Assembly (NCBI GenBank): GCA_964016885.1
Contig: OZ024747.1
Span: 56,544,001 to 56,608,000, forward strand
Source: Eledone cirrhosa
Taxonomy: Eukaryota
Reading direction: 5' to 3'
DNA: 64,000 nt
The notes beneath the pieces are model-generated. The model did not search any database. It saw nothing but the letters and a program-made list of their open reading frames with translations, and was not told where the DNA came from. Each line of letters starts with the position of its first letter. The stretch's first letter is position 1. Position numbers and translations under genes: made by a program. This document shows, one piece after another, positions 42,646-56,244 of this stretch.

Positions 42646-43391
42646 ACCGTCACCATTATCATCATCACCAGAAATTAAGTGAAAAAAATTGTCAGTTAAT
42701 TTCATGCCAGTAATTAACTGGTATTTAATTTTATTAAGCCCAGCAGGAAGGAGCCCTACAAGGTGGGGTAGCTGTTGTAACAAGTGTCGCTGGCCAGACA
42801 AATTTGTTGTAGCAAGTGTCGCTGGCCAGACAAATTTGATTTCAGTGGAAATTGAACTCAAATCATAAAGAGCCAGAAAAAAAAGATACAAGAAAAATAC
42901 AAGAAACTTTTCCCAAAAATCTAATGAGTCTTCCCATTTACCATTTGTAAATCTATCATTTGTAAATAACTGAAAAATAATGAAAAAAAAAATGAATCTT
43001 TAGTCAATCACAGTAAATTTAAAGACAGCGCATAATTTTATACTTTTGGAGGGAAAATAAAGAAATAACAAAAAATGATAAAATATAAAAGTGATATGAA
43101 AATAAAAATAAGATATTTATTTATAAATCTAGAAAAATAATATGAAATATGAAATATAAAAATATTCGTTATTTTGAATCATGAAATCTAAAATGTCAGA
43201 TGCAAAATATTAAAGTAGTGGATTAAAGATAATCTGGTCATTAAAATTGGAGATTATATTTGTAAATAACAGAAGATATAATCTATAAACATTTTTATAT
43301 TTACTCAATGTCATCTCATGAAAGACTGTATTAATAGAAACAGTAGTACAGAGGTGAGGGTATGGTGGGCTTCTGTAATCATAGATATGCG

Positions 43392-43429
<38 letters not shown>

Positions 43430-43445
43430 TGTATATATATATATA

Positions 43446-43491
<46 letters not shown>

Positions 43492-43759
43492 AATGTGTAT
43501 AATATACCTTCAAATATTTATATCAATGACAGATAAGTTAGCAATAATCCTTATTTTTTTAATTCTATATTTTTTTGTCTGAATTGGTTCTTGTGTTTGT
43601 GTGTATATAGGTGCTATGTATGCATGCATGCATATGTGTGTATGTAAATGTGTATATGTGTATGTCTATTCCCAAATACATATATATTTATAGGTGTATA
43701 TTTGGAAACGAAATGGTCTTTATATGTACATATATATTATATGCATACATACATTTTAT

Positions 43760-43793
<34 letters not shown>

Positions 43794-43796
43794 AAT

Positions 43797-43884
<88 letters not shown>

Positions 43885-44300
43885 ATATATATGTATATAT
43901 ATGTATATACACATATGTGTGTGCGTGCACAGCTCTATGGAAAATTTCATTGGTTGCATCTTGTTTTTGTTATCATGTTGAAGATGATCATTATCCTCAT
44001 CATGATAACAATGATGATGATGTTGATCATGATGATGTCTGTAATCTTACCATCATGCAAGTAAACATTATATAAACCATGAAAATATTAGATTTAAGGA
44101 GATTTTATACTGATTTTAAAACTGACTGACAAAACGTCTTCCATATATAACTATATATATGTTTATATACCTGAGGATCTCTCTAGCTGACTGTTGATAT
44201 ATCTATCTGTCTACCTATCTATTTATCTATCTAATATATCTATTTATCTGTCTATCTATCCAGCTGTCTGCCTTGCTGTCTATTTATCTATCTATCTATC

Positions 44301-44754
44301 TCCCCCTATTGGGGAAAATCGACTAATTTTTTAAATTGCATTTGTGATAGTATTTTACACGTTTTTATTGTATGTAAACTTCCCCCTTTGTATTTGTCCC
44401 CTTATTTTGTGCCCCTGTGGCTAATAAAGAAACATATCTATCTAGGTGGGTGAAAGTGGCGAGAATGGCCCGAGTGAATGGGCCTTCTCTCTATATCAGC
44501 CTGTAGGTTGAGGAAAAAGAGGAGAGGAAAGGAGTAGAAACTCTTTGTACTCCTGGAGATGAGGGTTGCACATTTTTTTTTCGGGGGTATGTGTTACCCA
44601 TATGTAATGTCTCCCCCTATTGGGGAAATTCGATTAATTTTTAAATTGCATTTGTGATAATATTTTACATGTTTTTATTGTATGTAAACTTCCCCCTTTG
44701 TATTTGTCCCCTTCTTTTGTGCCCCTGTGGCTAATAAAGAAACATATCTATCTA
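44301..44754 (+). mobile_element. Two tandem Tx1 3'-end fragments in (TATC)n
   Basis: Both end in GTGGCTAATAAAGAAACA-TATCTATCTA. The second begins with RWVKVARMARVNGPSLYISL*, as at about 37727. Confidence 0.85.
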
Positions 44755-44829
44755 ATTAACTATAATATATATATATAAATATACATACACAAATATATAT
44801 ATATATATACATACACACATATATATATG

Positions 44830-44882
<53 letters not shown>

Positions 44883-44888
44883 TAGAAC

Positions 44889-44978
44889 ACATATCTGAGG
44901 AGCTTCTAATTCCAGAGTCAGGAACGAACATCATTCGATCGTTCCTCGAGCTGATCGCCAGTGAAACATGTGATATGT
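44889..44978 (+). ncRNA. Degenerate long-stem-II hammerhead motif
   Basis: ACATAT-CTGAGGA-GCT..AGGAACGA/TCGTTCCT..AGT-GAAA-CATG-TG-ATATGT. Stem I is perfect but the cleavage site is G. Related to 32232-32300. Confidence 0.6.
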
Positions 44979-46320
44979 AATTAAATATATAATGCAATAC
45001 TGATTCTTTGTTCCCATTTCTATTATATATATATATATTTATACCTCCCACTCTTGCAAGTAGGGAAAAGCGGACGTAAAATGATGATGATGATGATGAA
45101 TGTAAGCCTTTAGGATTTTAGTTTCTAAAGCATGTTTTGTTGTTGTAGCTTCATCTTGTGAGCATGCCGTTTTTGAAGAAGTATATGTGTGGCCAGATAC
45201 ATTACCATTTGTACTCTTTATCTTACATCGCAAAAGGTGTGGGATTTCAGGAACATTTGCCTGCCATTTCTAAAATATTATTTGGCCTTGTATGGTTTTA
45301 TCAAGGAACTTAAAACAATTTTAATCAAATCAGAATGATTATATATTTAATATTACAAAAACTTCTAAATATAGCAGGGCTTTATGACAGAGCCCTTATA
45401 AACAAAATTTGATCACTTAGTTAATATATAAATAACTTACTAAAAATAGCAGGGCCTTGGTGAATAGAATTTCATAACCCTTGTGTTACCATATTTCTAT
45501 TGAAAGATACTGGCTCTTATTTTATAACAATTTCTAAATAATCAAATATTTGGAAGGCAATTTTTATCATTATTTACCTGGTGTTTAAAGTACAGTTTAA
45601 CAAAGTTCTTTTCCATAATTATGATATAAGGTCATTTTATAAATATAAACAATTTAAAATTGTATCGTAGAACCAAGCAGTTTCAGGAAGTCTAGTTTCC
45701 CAAAAAGATAGTAAACTCAAACTCTGAAAATACAAACTTTCAAAAAGTCAAACAAGGAATCTAATATTTTCTTTACATTTTACTGAATAATCATTGATAA
45801 TAGATTTGGAAAAGTCTGTTTCCTTGCTTCATAGCTTTTTTGATATTTGTCTTAATAATAATCATTGGTAACAGATTTGGACAAGACTTCCTTGCTTCAC
45901 GGTTTCCTGAGTTATCAGAGTAGATATCAGAATAGTCAATCATATGAAGCAAACAAACACACCAAAAACAGACTGATGGGATTTTTTTTTATTGTTGTTG
46001 CAGTTGTTGCTTTTCAATGGTGGTGATGGTGAGTTTATGAAGAGAATGGTAGTGTTGTCGGAGGTGGTGTTGGTGGGAGAGTATGGATACAATGGAGGTG
46101 GTGATGGTACAAGGAGATTGGTGGCTATGAACTAATTCCCTGTCTGTATCTCTCTTTTAAATAACAATGAAGACTGTATTGCTGTTGTTGTTGTGGCTTC
46201 TGTTAGTGGTGTGGGATATATATAACAAGGAAAACTAAATGTTAAATATATATATATATACACACACAAAAACACACACACATATGTGTGTGTGTGTATA
46301 AATATATATATATATACACA

Positions 46321-46356
<36 letters not shown>

Positions 46357-47329
46357 TACACAAGATTATCATTCAAATGGAACCTCAACTAAACTCTATA
46401 ACTAAAATATAAAAAAAATATAGAGAGAAAATTTGACTTTTTTCCGTATAAGATATGAGATACAATATAACAAAGAACAATGAAGCAATCTTCTCTTGCC
46501 CACCCCCAAAGAAAACAAAACAAAAATGACAAGACAGAAACACAACAACAACTGCAGTAAAGAACCCAAAAAGATAATTAAAAAATACATCACCAAAATA
46601 AGGTTTAAAAAATGTAAAATAAATATAGAATGTAATTCATTATAAAGAAATAGATTTATTTATATGTATTTTTTACTAAAGACTAGAATCAATAACCTCT
46701 TAAACTATAGTGTTGTTGGTGGTGGTAGAGGTGGTGTTGTTGCTGATGTAGTTTTTGGTGGTGTTGTTGGCATTGTTGTTGTTTTGAAAGGTTTTTAAAA
46801 AAACATCTTTTACAGAAAAGTAATGCAAGCACAAAGATAAGACTAGAAGGAGGGAGGTGAAAAAAAGGGTTAAAATCCTCTACCCACCTCTCTGTTTCAT
46901 CCTTCACCTTCTATCCTTTATCCACTCCCCCTAATAGAATATTACATATATATATATATATGTGTGTGTCTGTGCAATATTTGTATATATATATCATCAT
47001 CATCATCATCGTTTAACGTCTATCTTCCACGCTAGCATGGGTTTAGAATATATATATATATATATGTATATATATGTACATATGTATATTCACACACACA
47101 CATGTATATATATATATATATATATATACAATGCAACAATAACAAAAACAAGTGGTGTTACTGTTGCAACAAGAAAGACTTTATTTTGAAAATCTGACAA
47201 AGGTATTTCTCTTAAGCCTTTGTTACATCTTTTGTTGGTGGCAAAATCGAATTTCTTATAACAAAAGTCTGCATTATTTTCTTTTTCCATTGCAAAACTT
47301 ACTCAGCCTTTTATGGTTTGAAGAGAAAA

Positions 47330-47389
<60 letters not shown>

Positions 47390-47391
<2 letters not shown>

Positions 47392-50300
47392 TCACCGGTG
47401 GTTATGTAACCATACATTCACCAATCCTCGATAAGAGTGTTTAAATGTCGAACCTAAACAGTTCGAATAATGGTGAAGTGGAGACTGGAATGTCATGTGA
47501 CAGACTCTCGCCCAGCAGGTGCTCCCTGGCTCAGCAGCAGGAACCTGGCTGTCAACCAAATACTGCTGGTGTCAGAGGAAGAAGAAGAAGGAAAGGGACT
47601 AGAACCAACTGGACGAAAGAATTGAATAGAACTGTTATGCAATGTTACCTGAAGAGTAACCCCAAGGAAAAAGGCTATAGGAAACGGATGCATAACATCT
47701 GGAACGAGATTGGTCTATTTAAATTAGATGAACAAAAATTAGCCGGGCAGGCTCGGGTGATAAGAACTAATGGGTGGATAAGCGAGCTGGAACTGGAGGA
47801 ACTGAGCAGAGAGATTAGGTTGGAAATAGTGAGTGGAGTATGCCAGGCAAACGAGCCAGTGGGAAATGAAGGTGAAGAGGTTGAGGGAACGGAGGAACCA
47901 TCCAAAGCAGACAATGATCTGAATGCTGAAATAAATAATACCTGGAACAGAGATACGGCCATTGAGGAGATGAATGCTGATGGGCTAGGACAAGATTTCG
48001 TTGATATCCTAAACGTAGATGAAATGAACAATGATAGTGGGAAACCTATGAACCTAAGATTTGTAGACAGGAAAAAGTTAAAAGAAACAACAGCTAAGGT
48101 AAACAAAGTCATCCCATACCTTGAGGCAAGGAGCCTTCACCAGTGCAACAATATCCTCAAAGCAACAGCAAATGCGGATAGGAAATTACTTGGCATAAAA
48201 TGCGAGAGGAAACAACAAACAAGAAAGATCAGAACCTTGGTGGAAGAAACAACTGAATGGTCAAATCAGGGAAATGAGAAATGACATTGGAAAGCTTGAG
48301 TCCCTACTGAATGGGACACTAAAAAACATAGACACTAAAAATAGACTGGAAATAAAGTACAAAACTAGGAGGAAAAAGCTAAATATTATCATAGAGGAAC
48401 TGAAGCAACGCATTAGGTGATACGAGAGCAGAGTCAGTCAGTATAGACAGAACCGCATGTTTGACAACAACCAGAAGATGTCGTTTGGACAGCTTGAAGG
48501 GAAAGAAAGAGGCAACGACTTAATCCCTGTGGCGGAACAAACTAAGACATTCTGGAGAGGAATATGGGAGCAGGATGTTAAACATAATGACCAGGCAGTG
48601 TGGATTGAGACAGTACAAAAGGAGATTAGTGAACAGGCACACCAACAAACTGATTTGAGTATCACAGTTGAAACTCTTAAGGGGCAGGCCAAAAAACTAA
48701 CCAACTGGAAATCACCAGGCCCAGATGGTGTGCAGGGGTATTGGATTAAAAATATAACATCCCTCCACCCGAAACTGACAACCATGTTCAATGACTGCTT
48801 GATGTCAGGTGAGGTACCAGAGTGGTTGACAAAAGGTACCAAATGAAATACTGAATCAAGGATAATGATGTTACCAACTATAGACCTATCGCATGTCTGT
48901 CCGTAATGTGGAAACTGTTGACAAGCATTGTGTCTGAGGAAATCTACCATCACCTCCACACAAACAACGTTACCGGACTAACAGAAAGGATGCCGAAAGA
49001 AATCCCGTGGTACAAAGGACCAGTTACTTATTGATAAGATGGTAATGAGGAATTGCAAGAGGAGACACACTGGTCTTGCCATGGGATGGATAGACTACAA
49101 AAAGGCATTTGACATGGTGCCTCATTCTTGGATCACCAAAAGCCTAGAGATCTTCAGGGTGGCAGATAACATCAGACAGTTGTTGAGCAAAAGTATGAAG
49201 TCCTGGAAAACAGAGTTAACATCAGCTGGAGAATCCTTGGGAGGCATGAAGATCAAGAGAGGTATCTTCCAGGGAGATAGTCTGTCCCCTCTGTTTTTTG
49301 TCCTTGCCCTGATTCCCCTGACCATTATACTGTGAAAAGTGAGAGCAGGATACAAGTTGGGAAAGGGAGAGCTTACCATCAATCACCTCCTCTTCATGGA
49401 AGATCTTAAGCTCTTCAGGAAGAGTGAGAAGGAGTTGGATGTGCTTGTTGACACTGTCTGTATTTTCAGCAATGATATCATCATCATCATCATCACCGTT
49501 TTACGTCCGTTCTTCCACGCTAGCATGGGTTAGACGGGTTGTCCTGTTGTGGGCAGTGTCTGGTCGGCTGACCATGCCTTGCTCATACAGGAACTGATCT
49601 GGCTTGATTTCTACAGCTGGATGCCCTTCCTAACACCAACCTCATTTACAGTGAGTGCTGGGTGCTTTTTCGTGGCGCCTACACGTCCACTTTACAGTTT
49701 GGGCTGGGTGCTTTTTTGCCGTGGCACCTCCACGACCACCTTGCGGTGGGGTGGGGGGTGGGGGGGGGGCATATTGTTTATATGCTTCAGCATGTACCCA
49801 TGGGAGGTCGGGTACCCTGTATTACTGCGTGATGCCAGAAGTCACGGTCGTGTGTCATTGACTTTGAGAGGTGTAGTTGGGTAAGGTCGGCTTTTATCAC
49901 CTCATCCCAAGTCATCTTGGGTCTCCCCACTCCGCGGTTTCCATCAACTTCTAGTGCTCTGCACCTTTTTATGCAGCTGTCATCCTTCATACGCATCACA
50001 TGTCCATACCAGCGTAACCGCCTCTCCTGCACGCAGCATTTGATTCCTCTTATGCTCAGTCTCTCTCTCAATTCATTTATGCTTTGTCGTTCACGTATAT
50101 TACTGTTACACATCCATCGGAGCATGCAGGCTTCGTTTCTCTCTAATCTACGTCTAGTCTCTTGCACACAGCATACATCAACTTCCTTTCGCTCTAGCAT
50201 TTCTACGATTTCTCCTGCTCTTCCTTTCATTGAGCCTACATTGATGGTACCAACTCGGAGTTTTGGGCATTTGTCGACACTCGTAGGGGAGGGTCTCTGG

Positions 50301-51085
50301 GTTGTATGCAATTTCGTATTAATAAGTATGCAATTTCGTATTAATAAGTGTGGAGTCCTTGTGATGAAGAAGGTTAAATTGAGCAGAAGCAACGGAATCC
50401 AGGTACCAACAGGTGAGATGATAAAGGAAATTGACACTGAAGAAGGATACAAGTATTTGGGTGTCCTGCCCACTGTGCAGGATCTGTGGAGAGAGAGAGG
50501 AGACTGTGGCTCACATTATATCCGAGTGTAAACATCTAGCCCAGACTCGCTATAAAGGCTGGAGACATGATGTGATGGGCAGGGTGATCCACTGACACCT
50601 ATGCAAAGTAAACAATTTACCACATTCTGGGAAGTGGTATGAGCATAAGCCAGAGTCAGTGATAGAAAATGATCAGGTGCTGTGGGATTTTAGGATACAC
50701 AGACGGATAAGAGACTGGAACACAATAGACCTGACCTGGTGGTTTTGGACAAGGTAAAAAGATTGTGCCTGATTGTGGATGTGGCCTGCCCATTCGACAC
50801 GAGAGTGCAAGAAAAGGAGAGGGAGAAAATTAACCGATACCAGGACTTAAAGTGGGAGGTAAAAAGGATTTGGAACTGCCATGAAGTCAAAGTGGTCCCG
50901 ATTGTCATAGGCACACTAGGTACTATCTCAAGGAGTTTCCAGGGATGGTTAAAGAAGATTAGTCCAGCCCCGCTTTATGGAACACTTCAAAAGGCATGCT
51001 TCCTGGGAACAGCAAGAACCCTCCGATACGTCCTGAATATCTGAGGCTGCAAGTAGCAGCTTGATATTCATTTCAACAAACTTTC
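47390..51085 (+). pseudogene. Near-full-length decayed R4/Dong-like non-LTR retrotransposon (RT, CCHC knuckle, restriction-like endonuclease)
   Basis: N-terminal WTKELNRTVMQCY..GYRKRMHNIW; RT motifs [59 protein letters not shown]; CRICG..ETVAHIISEC; endonuclease HNRPDLVV..IVDVACP..EKINRYQDL. Multiple stops and frameshifts; begins right after (AAT)n. Confidence 0.93.
49476..50303 (-). mobile_element. Internally deleted RTE derivative nested in the R4 element
   Basis: APE N-terminus LRVGTINVGSM..VDVCCVQETR is fused in frame to the RTE C-terminus LRWMC..RRLRWYGHVMRM..GRPKMTW, followed by a 3' UTR and (GAT)n tail. Confidence 0.88.
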
Positions 51086-51374
51086 CAGTTAAATAACATC
51101 AATGACTGATGATGATGATGATGATTTATCAAAATTCATAAGAATCGCAAATGAAAACATGAATAATGGAAATTGCAATGAAGAATGATGATGTTGATGA
51201 TGAGGGTGATGATGATGATGTTGACACAGATGGAAATGATGATAATGATGATGGTGATAATGAAGATGTTGATAAATCATGATACATTTATTTAACACAA
51301 GTGCTTGTTACCAATCAGACAGTAATCAAAATTACAGTAGCAATAGTAACAACAACAGCACCATCAACAATAAT

Positions 51375-51572
51375 TATTGTTTCTAGTTTAGGCGCAAGGC
51401 CAGTCATTTGTAGAGGGAAAAAAGTCAATTAAATCGACCCCAGTGCATTACTGATGCTTTATTTTATCAACCTCGTAAGGATGAAAGGCAAAGTTAACCT
51501 CGGCGGGATTTGAACGCAGAAAGTAACGGGGCGTAACTCTATGCTGCAAACAATGGCGTCCGATCTTCTACC
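51375..51572 (-). mobile_element. SINE family B
   Basis: Reverse-complement body; the head end abuts the RTE fragment. Confidence 0.8.
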
Positions 51573-52377
51573 GCTGGATGTGCAATAGTAATATACGTGA
51601 ACGGCAAAGCATAAACGAACTAAGGAAAAAATTAGAAATAAGAGGGATCAGATGTTGTTTACTCGAGAGAAGGCTACGTGATGCGCATGAAAGACGACAG
51701 CTGTATAACAAAGTGCAGGGCAATAAAGATAGACGGTAGCCACGGAGTAGGCAGACCCAGAAAAACATGGGACGAGCTGATAAATTCCGACCTCACACGC
51801 TTACACCTCCCCAAGACAATATCACTGGACCGAGACCTTTGGCGGTACTCAGTAATAGAGAAGACCCGCCTTACCTAAATACAAAGTAAAAACCTACTAC
51901 AGTCAGTAGGCATCTCTATCAAAACACCCCCCCGTCCCACCACCTCCACCCCATCCACACCGCCCCTTTCAATGTACAGTTATGTTGGTCCCACAACATC
52001 CAGGCCGAAACAAATGAGATCGTGTAGGTGTCACGACAAAAAACACACAGTCCACGATGTAAATGTGGCCGTGTAGGCAACACGGTAAAAACCTCCCAGC
52101 CCCACACTGTAAATGTGGTTGGTGTTAGGAAGGGCATCCAACTGTAGAAAACCCGCCAGACAGTCCACGCTGTAATGTGGCCGTGTAGGCAACACGGTAA
52201 AAACCTCCCAGCCCCACACTGTAAATGTGGTTGGTGTTAGGAAGGGCATCCAACTGTAGAAAACCCACCAGACAGTCCTATGCGAGCAAGACAACCACTC
52301 TTGCCTCAAGTGGGAAAACCCCCGTCCAAACCCATGCAAGCGTGGAACACGGACGCTAAACCTGATGATGATGATAG
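51572..52377 (+). mobile_element. RTE LINE 3' fragment with tandemly duplicated UTR module
   Basis: MRMKDDSCITKC..GVGRPRKTWDELI..DRDLWR; a ~112-bp unit is repeated at about 52062 and 52174; (GAT)n tail. Confidence 0.88.
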
Positions 52378-52436
52378 TTGAATAAATGAACAGAAAACAA
52401 AAAACAGAGAGGCAGTACAAATGATATGGTTTTTGG

Positions 52437-52518
<82 letters not shown>

Positions 52519-52699
52519 ATATATATATACAGAGAAATAGAGGGGTAGAGAGAGTGAAAGAAGAAGGATATATATACACACACACGTACTCCCACAAATA
52601 TTCTCATTTTATCGTTTGTAAAAAAAGACAGTTGTTCATCACATCACCACATTGCCATTACTGGAGAATAATGCCATTAATAACCAAAATTATTTTGTG

Positions 52700-52775
52700 T
52701 AACAACAACAATAACATCAACTACACCAACAACAATAGCAAAAACATGAGTAACAACAATAGCAAAAACATTAGT

Positions 52776-52808
<33 letters not shown>

Positions 52809-53114
52809 AACAACTACAACAACCACAATAGCAGCAACATCAGTAACAACAATAAAAACACCAGCAACAATAGCAACAGCATCAGTAACAACAACAGCAA
52901 TAACAACAACAACACCAACAACAACAACACCAACAACAGCAACACCAACAACAACACCAACAACAACACCAACGACAACAACAACAGCAACACCAACAAC
53001 AACACCAACAACAACACCAACAACAACAACAACAGCAACACCAACAACAACACCAACAACAACACCAACAACAACAACACCAACAACAACACCAACAACA
53101 ACACCACCACCACC

Positions 53115-53145
<31 letters not shown>

Positions 53146-53293
53146 GCAACACCAACAGCAACACCAACAACAACAACAACAGCAACACCACAACAACACC
53201 AACAACAACACCAACAACAACAACAGAAACACAAACAACAACACCAACAACAACACCAACAACAACAACAACAACAACAACACCAACAACAAT

Positions 53294-53345
<52 letters not shown>

Positions 53346-54630
53346 GCAACACCAACAACAACAACACCAACAACAGCAACACCAACAACAACAACACCAA
53401 CAACAACAACAGCAACACCAACAACAACACCAACAACAACACCAACAACAATAACAACAACAACAACAGCAACACCAACAACAACAACACCAACAACAAC
53501 AACAACACCAACACCAACAACAACACCAACAACAACACCAACAACAATAGCAAGGACATCAGTAACAACAACACCAACAACAACACCAACAACAATAACA
53601 ACAGCAACACCAACAACAACAACACCAACAATAACAACAACAGCAACACCAACAACAACACCAACAACAACACCAACAACAATAGCAAGAACATCAGTAA
53701 CAACAACAACAACAACACCAACAACAATAGCAAGAACATCAGTAACAACAAAAACAACAACAACATCAACAACTCCATCAACAACTGCAGTAACTCAAAT
53801 AGCCATAAAGTCATCATCAGTATCAACAAGAACAGTAACAACAACAACAATAGCAACAACAGCAACAACAACTACAAAACCATAAAACAAAAGATATGAA
53901 ACTAAAAGAAAAGTATTAAAGCAAAGCAAAGTATGTATCAATTCTTTTGACAATCACTGCCATTACAACCATCACCTTCACCACCACCATCATCACCACC
54001 ACCATCACCACAACCATCATCATCACCACCAACATCATTGTAACCATCACCACCACACCATCACCACAACCATCACCATCACCAACTCCACCATCACCAT
54101 CACAACCACCGCCATCACTACCACAACTACTATCATCACCACCACCACCACCACCACCATCATCATCACAACCACCGCCATCACTACCACAACTACCATC
54201 ATCATCACCACCACCAACAACATCATCACCATCACCAACAACATCAACACCACTACCAACAACAACATCAACACCACCACCAACACCATCATTACCATCA
54301 CCACCACAACTACCATTACCACCAACAACATCAACACCACTACCAACAACAACATCAACACCACCACCAACACCATCATTACCATCACCACCACAACTAC
54401 CATTACCACCAACAACATCAACACCACTACCAACAACAACATTAACACCATCACCAACACCATCATCACCATCACCACCAACACCACTATCATCACCACT
54501 GCCTACAACAACACTACCGACACCATCATCATCATCATCACCACCAACACCACCATCATCACCACCCCCTACAACAACACTACCAACACCATCAACACCA
54601 ACACCACCAACAACACTAAAACACCAACCA
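52700..54630. repeat. (AAC/ACC)n degenerate trinucleotide arrays
   Basis: Directly visible; source of the Asn- and Thr-Pro-rich ORFs. Confidence 0.95.
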
Positions 54631-55813
54631 CTGTGACTATATTATTAAAAGTCTGATACTGACAACACAACACATTTTGCTGGACTAGACTGGACTCTCT
54701 TTTCTTCTCCCACCCTCACTTTCTCACACCTTTTACCATCTCTCACACCTTTCACTCTCTCTCAAACCTCACACTCTTTCTTACACCTCACACCCTCTCT
54801 CCTTCCCTCACCTGCACGCCACTCTCTCTCTCTCCTCTCTCTCAAACCTCACACTCTCTCTTACACCTCACACCCTCTCTCCTTCCCTCACCTGCATGCC
54901 ACTCTCTCTCTCTCACCTTCTCTCCTTCCCTGCCTTTGCTTCCCCCTCATTCTCCCACCCCTCCATTCAAATCTGTTCACTGAGTAGGAAAGATATTCCC
55001 TTATTCACCCCCACCCCACCCCGTCTCGCTCCCTCCTACTCTCTCCCTCATCACTCTGCCCCTCCCCTCTGCCCAAAGACTGTCCAATTGAAGACATTGT
55101 GTCCAAGTGGAACAGAAAGAGAAATCTTTCCTTTACATTGTCCAAACTGAAGAAGAAGCAATTCATGTGTGACTTCATTAACTTACCATGTCAAAATACC
55201 ATAAAGAACAAGAAGACATAAGATAGAAGAAGACATAAGATAGAAGAAGAAGAAGAAGAAGAAGAAGAAGAAGAAGAAGAAGAAGAAGAAGAAATGCAGG
55301 AGCCCTCCTTCTTTTTCCTCCTTGTCCTTCACCAGCCACCATCAACGGTTTGTCACCTCATTTGCATATGAAACACAACACAGAAAGGTCAATTGTGAAA
55401 AACTGCAATGGACTTTAAATATGAAAAAAAAATATCTAAAACATGAAAATAAAAATAAAAATAATGGATAGAGATAATAATAGTAATAATAATAATAATA
55501 ATAATAAAAATAATATAAAAATAAATATAAAAATAGAAATAAGTAACATAAAAATAAGAAGAATGTAATGTAGTGACTGAGACTGGGCTGGATGGCAAGG
55601 GAATCGTTTTTGCCATTCAAGTTAAAATCTTGGGAAATGTATTGTATTATTCCATTGTTGGTGTATTGTTCTGGTCTTTTGGTTGGGTGAATTGGTTGGT
55701 TTGGTGGTGGTGGTGGTTTGATGGTGGTGGTGGTTTGATGGTGGTGGTGGTGGTTTGATGGTGGTGGGGTTGTTGTTGTTAAGTTTTTGTTCTGTGTTGT
55801 TGTTGCTTTTTAT

Positions 55814-55846
<33 letters not shown>

Positions 55847-55865
55847 ATGTGTATCAATCTATCAT

Positions 55866-55944
<79 letters not shown>

Positions 55945-55949
55945 TTCTT

Positions 55950-55982
<33 letters not shown>

Positions 55983-55983
<1 letters not shown>

Positions 55984-56131
55984 GTTTTAATATAGATGAG
56001 ATTCTACAGGACTAGAACTGTTTCATTCTTTAGAAATCATCAGGAATTCTTTAGAAATCATCAGGGATTCCTGATGATTTCTAAAGAATGAAACAGTTCT
56101 AGTCCTGTAGAATCTCATCTATATTAAAACT
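55983..56131. repeat. Perfect 65-bp inverted repeat around a hammerhead-like core
   Basis: 55983-56047 is the exact reverse complement of 56067-56131 and contains CTGATGA..GAAAC. The right flank matches about 39814-39885. Confidence 0.92.
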
Positions 56132-56216
56132 TTTATACTCTGCAATGTATTGAGTACCTTACTTACTGTGGTTACCTCCGATTCAACCCGGAATAACGTA
56201 TATATATATATATATA

Positions 56217-56244
56217 CTAGCTGAGCTTCCTGGCAGTGCCTGGG
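56217..56244 (-). mobile_element. Helitron-like 3' terminus
   Basis: Minus strand CCCAGGCACTGCCAGG imperfect hairpin, 8 nt, then CTAG|T at (TA)n. Confidence 0.4.

Noticed and set aside
47445-48284. 279-aa ORF as an independent gene
   Set aside because: It is the N-terminal part of the frameshifted R4/Dong ORF.
52509-53885. 458-aa Asn/Thr/Pro-rich mucin-like ORF
   Set aside because: Translation of (AAC/ACC)n, which lacks stops by composition. It starts in a (TA) tract, switches register mid-repeat, and has no signal peptide or domain.
55359-55370. Octamer ATGCAAAT (minus strand) and ATG|gtaagt donor-like site at about 55185
   Set aside because: Single short motifs are expected by chance in 64 kb of AT-rich DNA.
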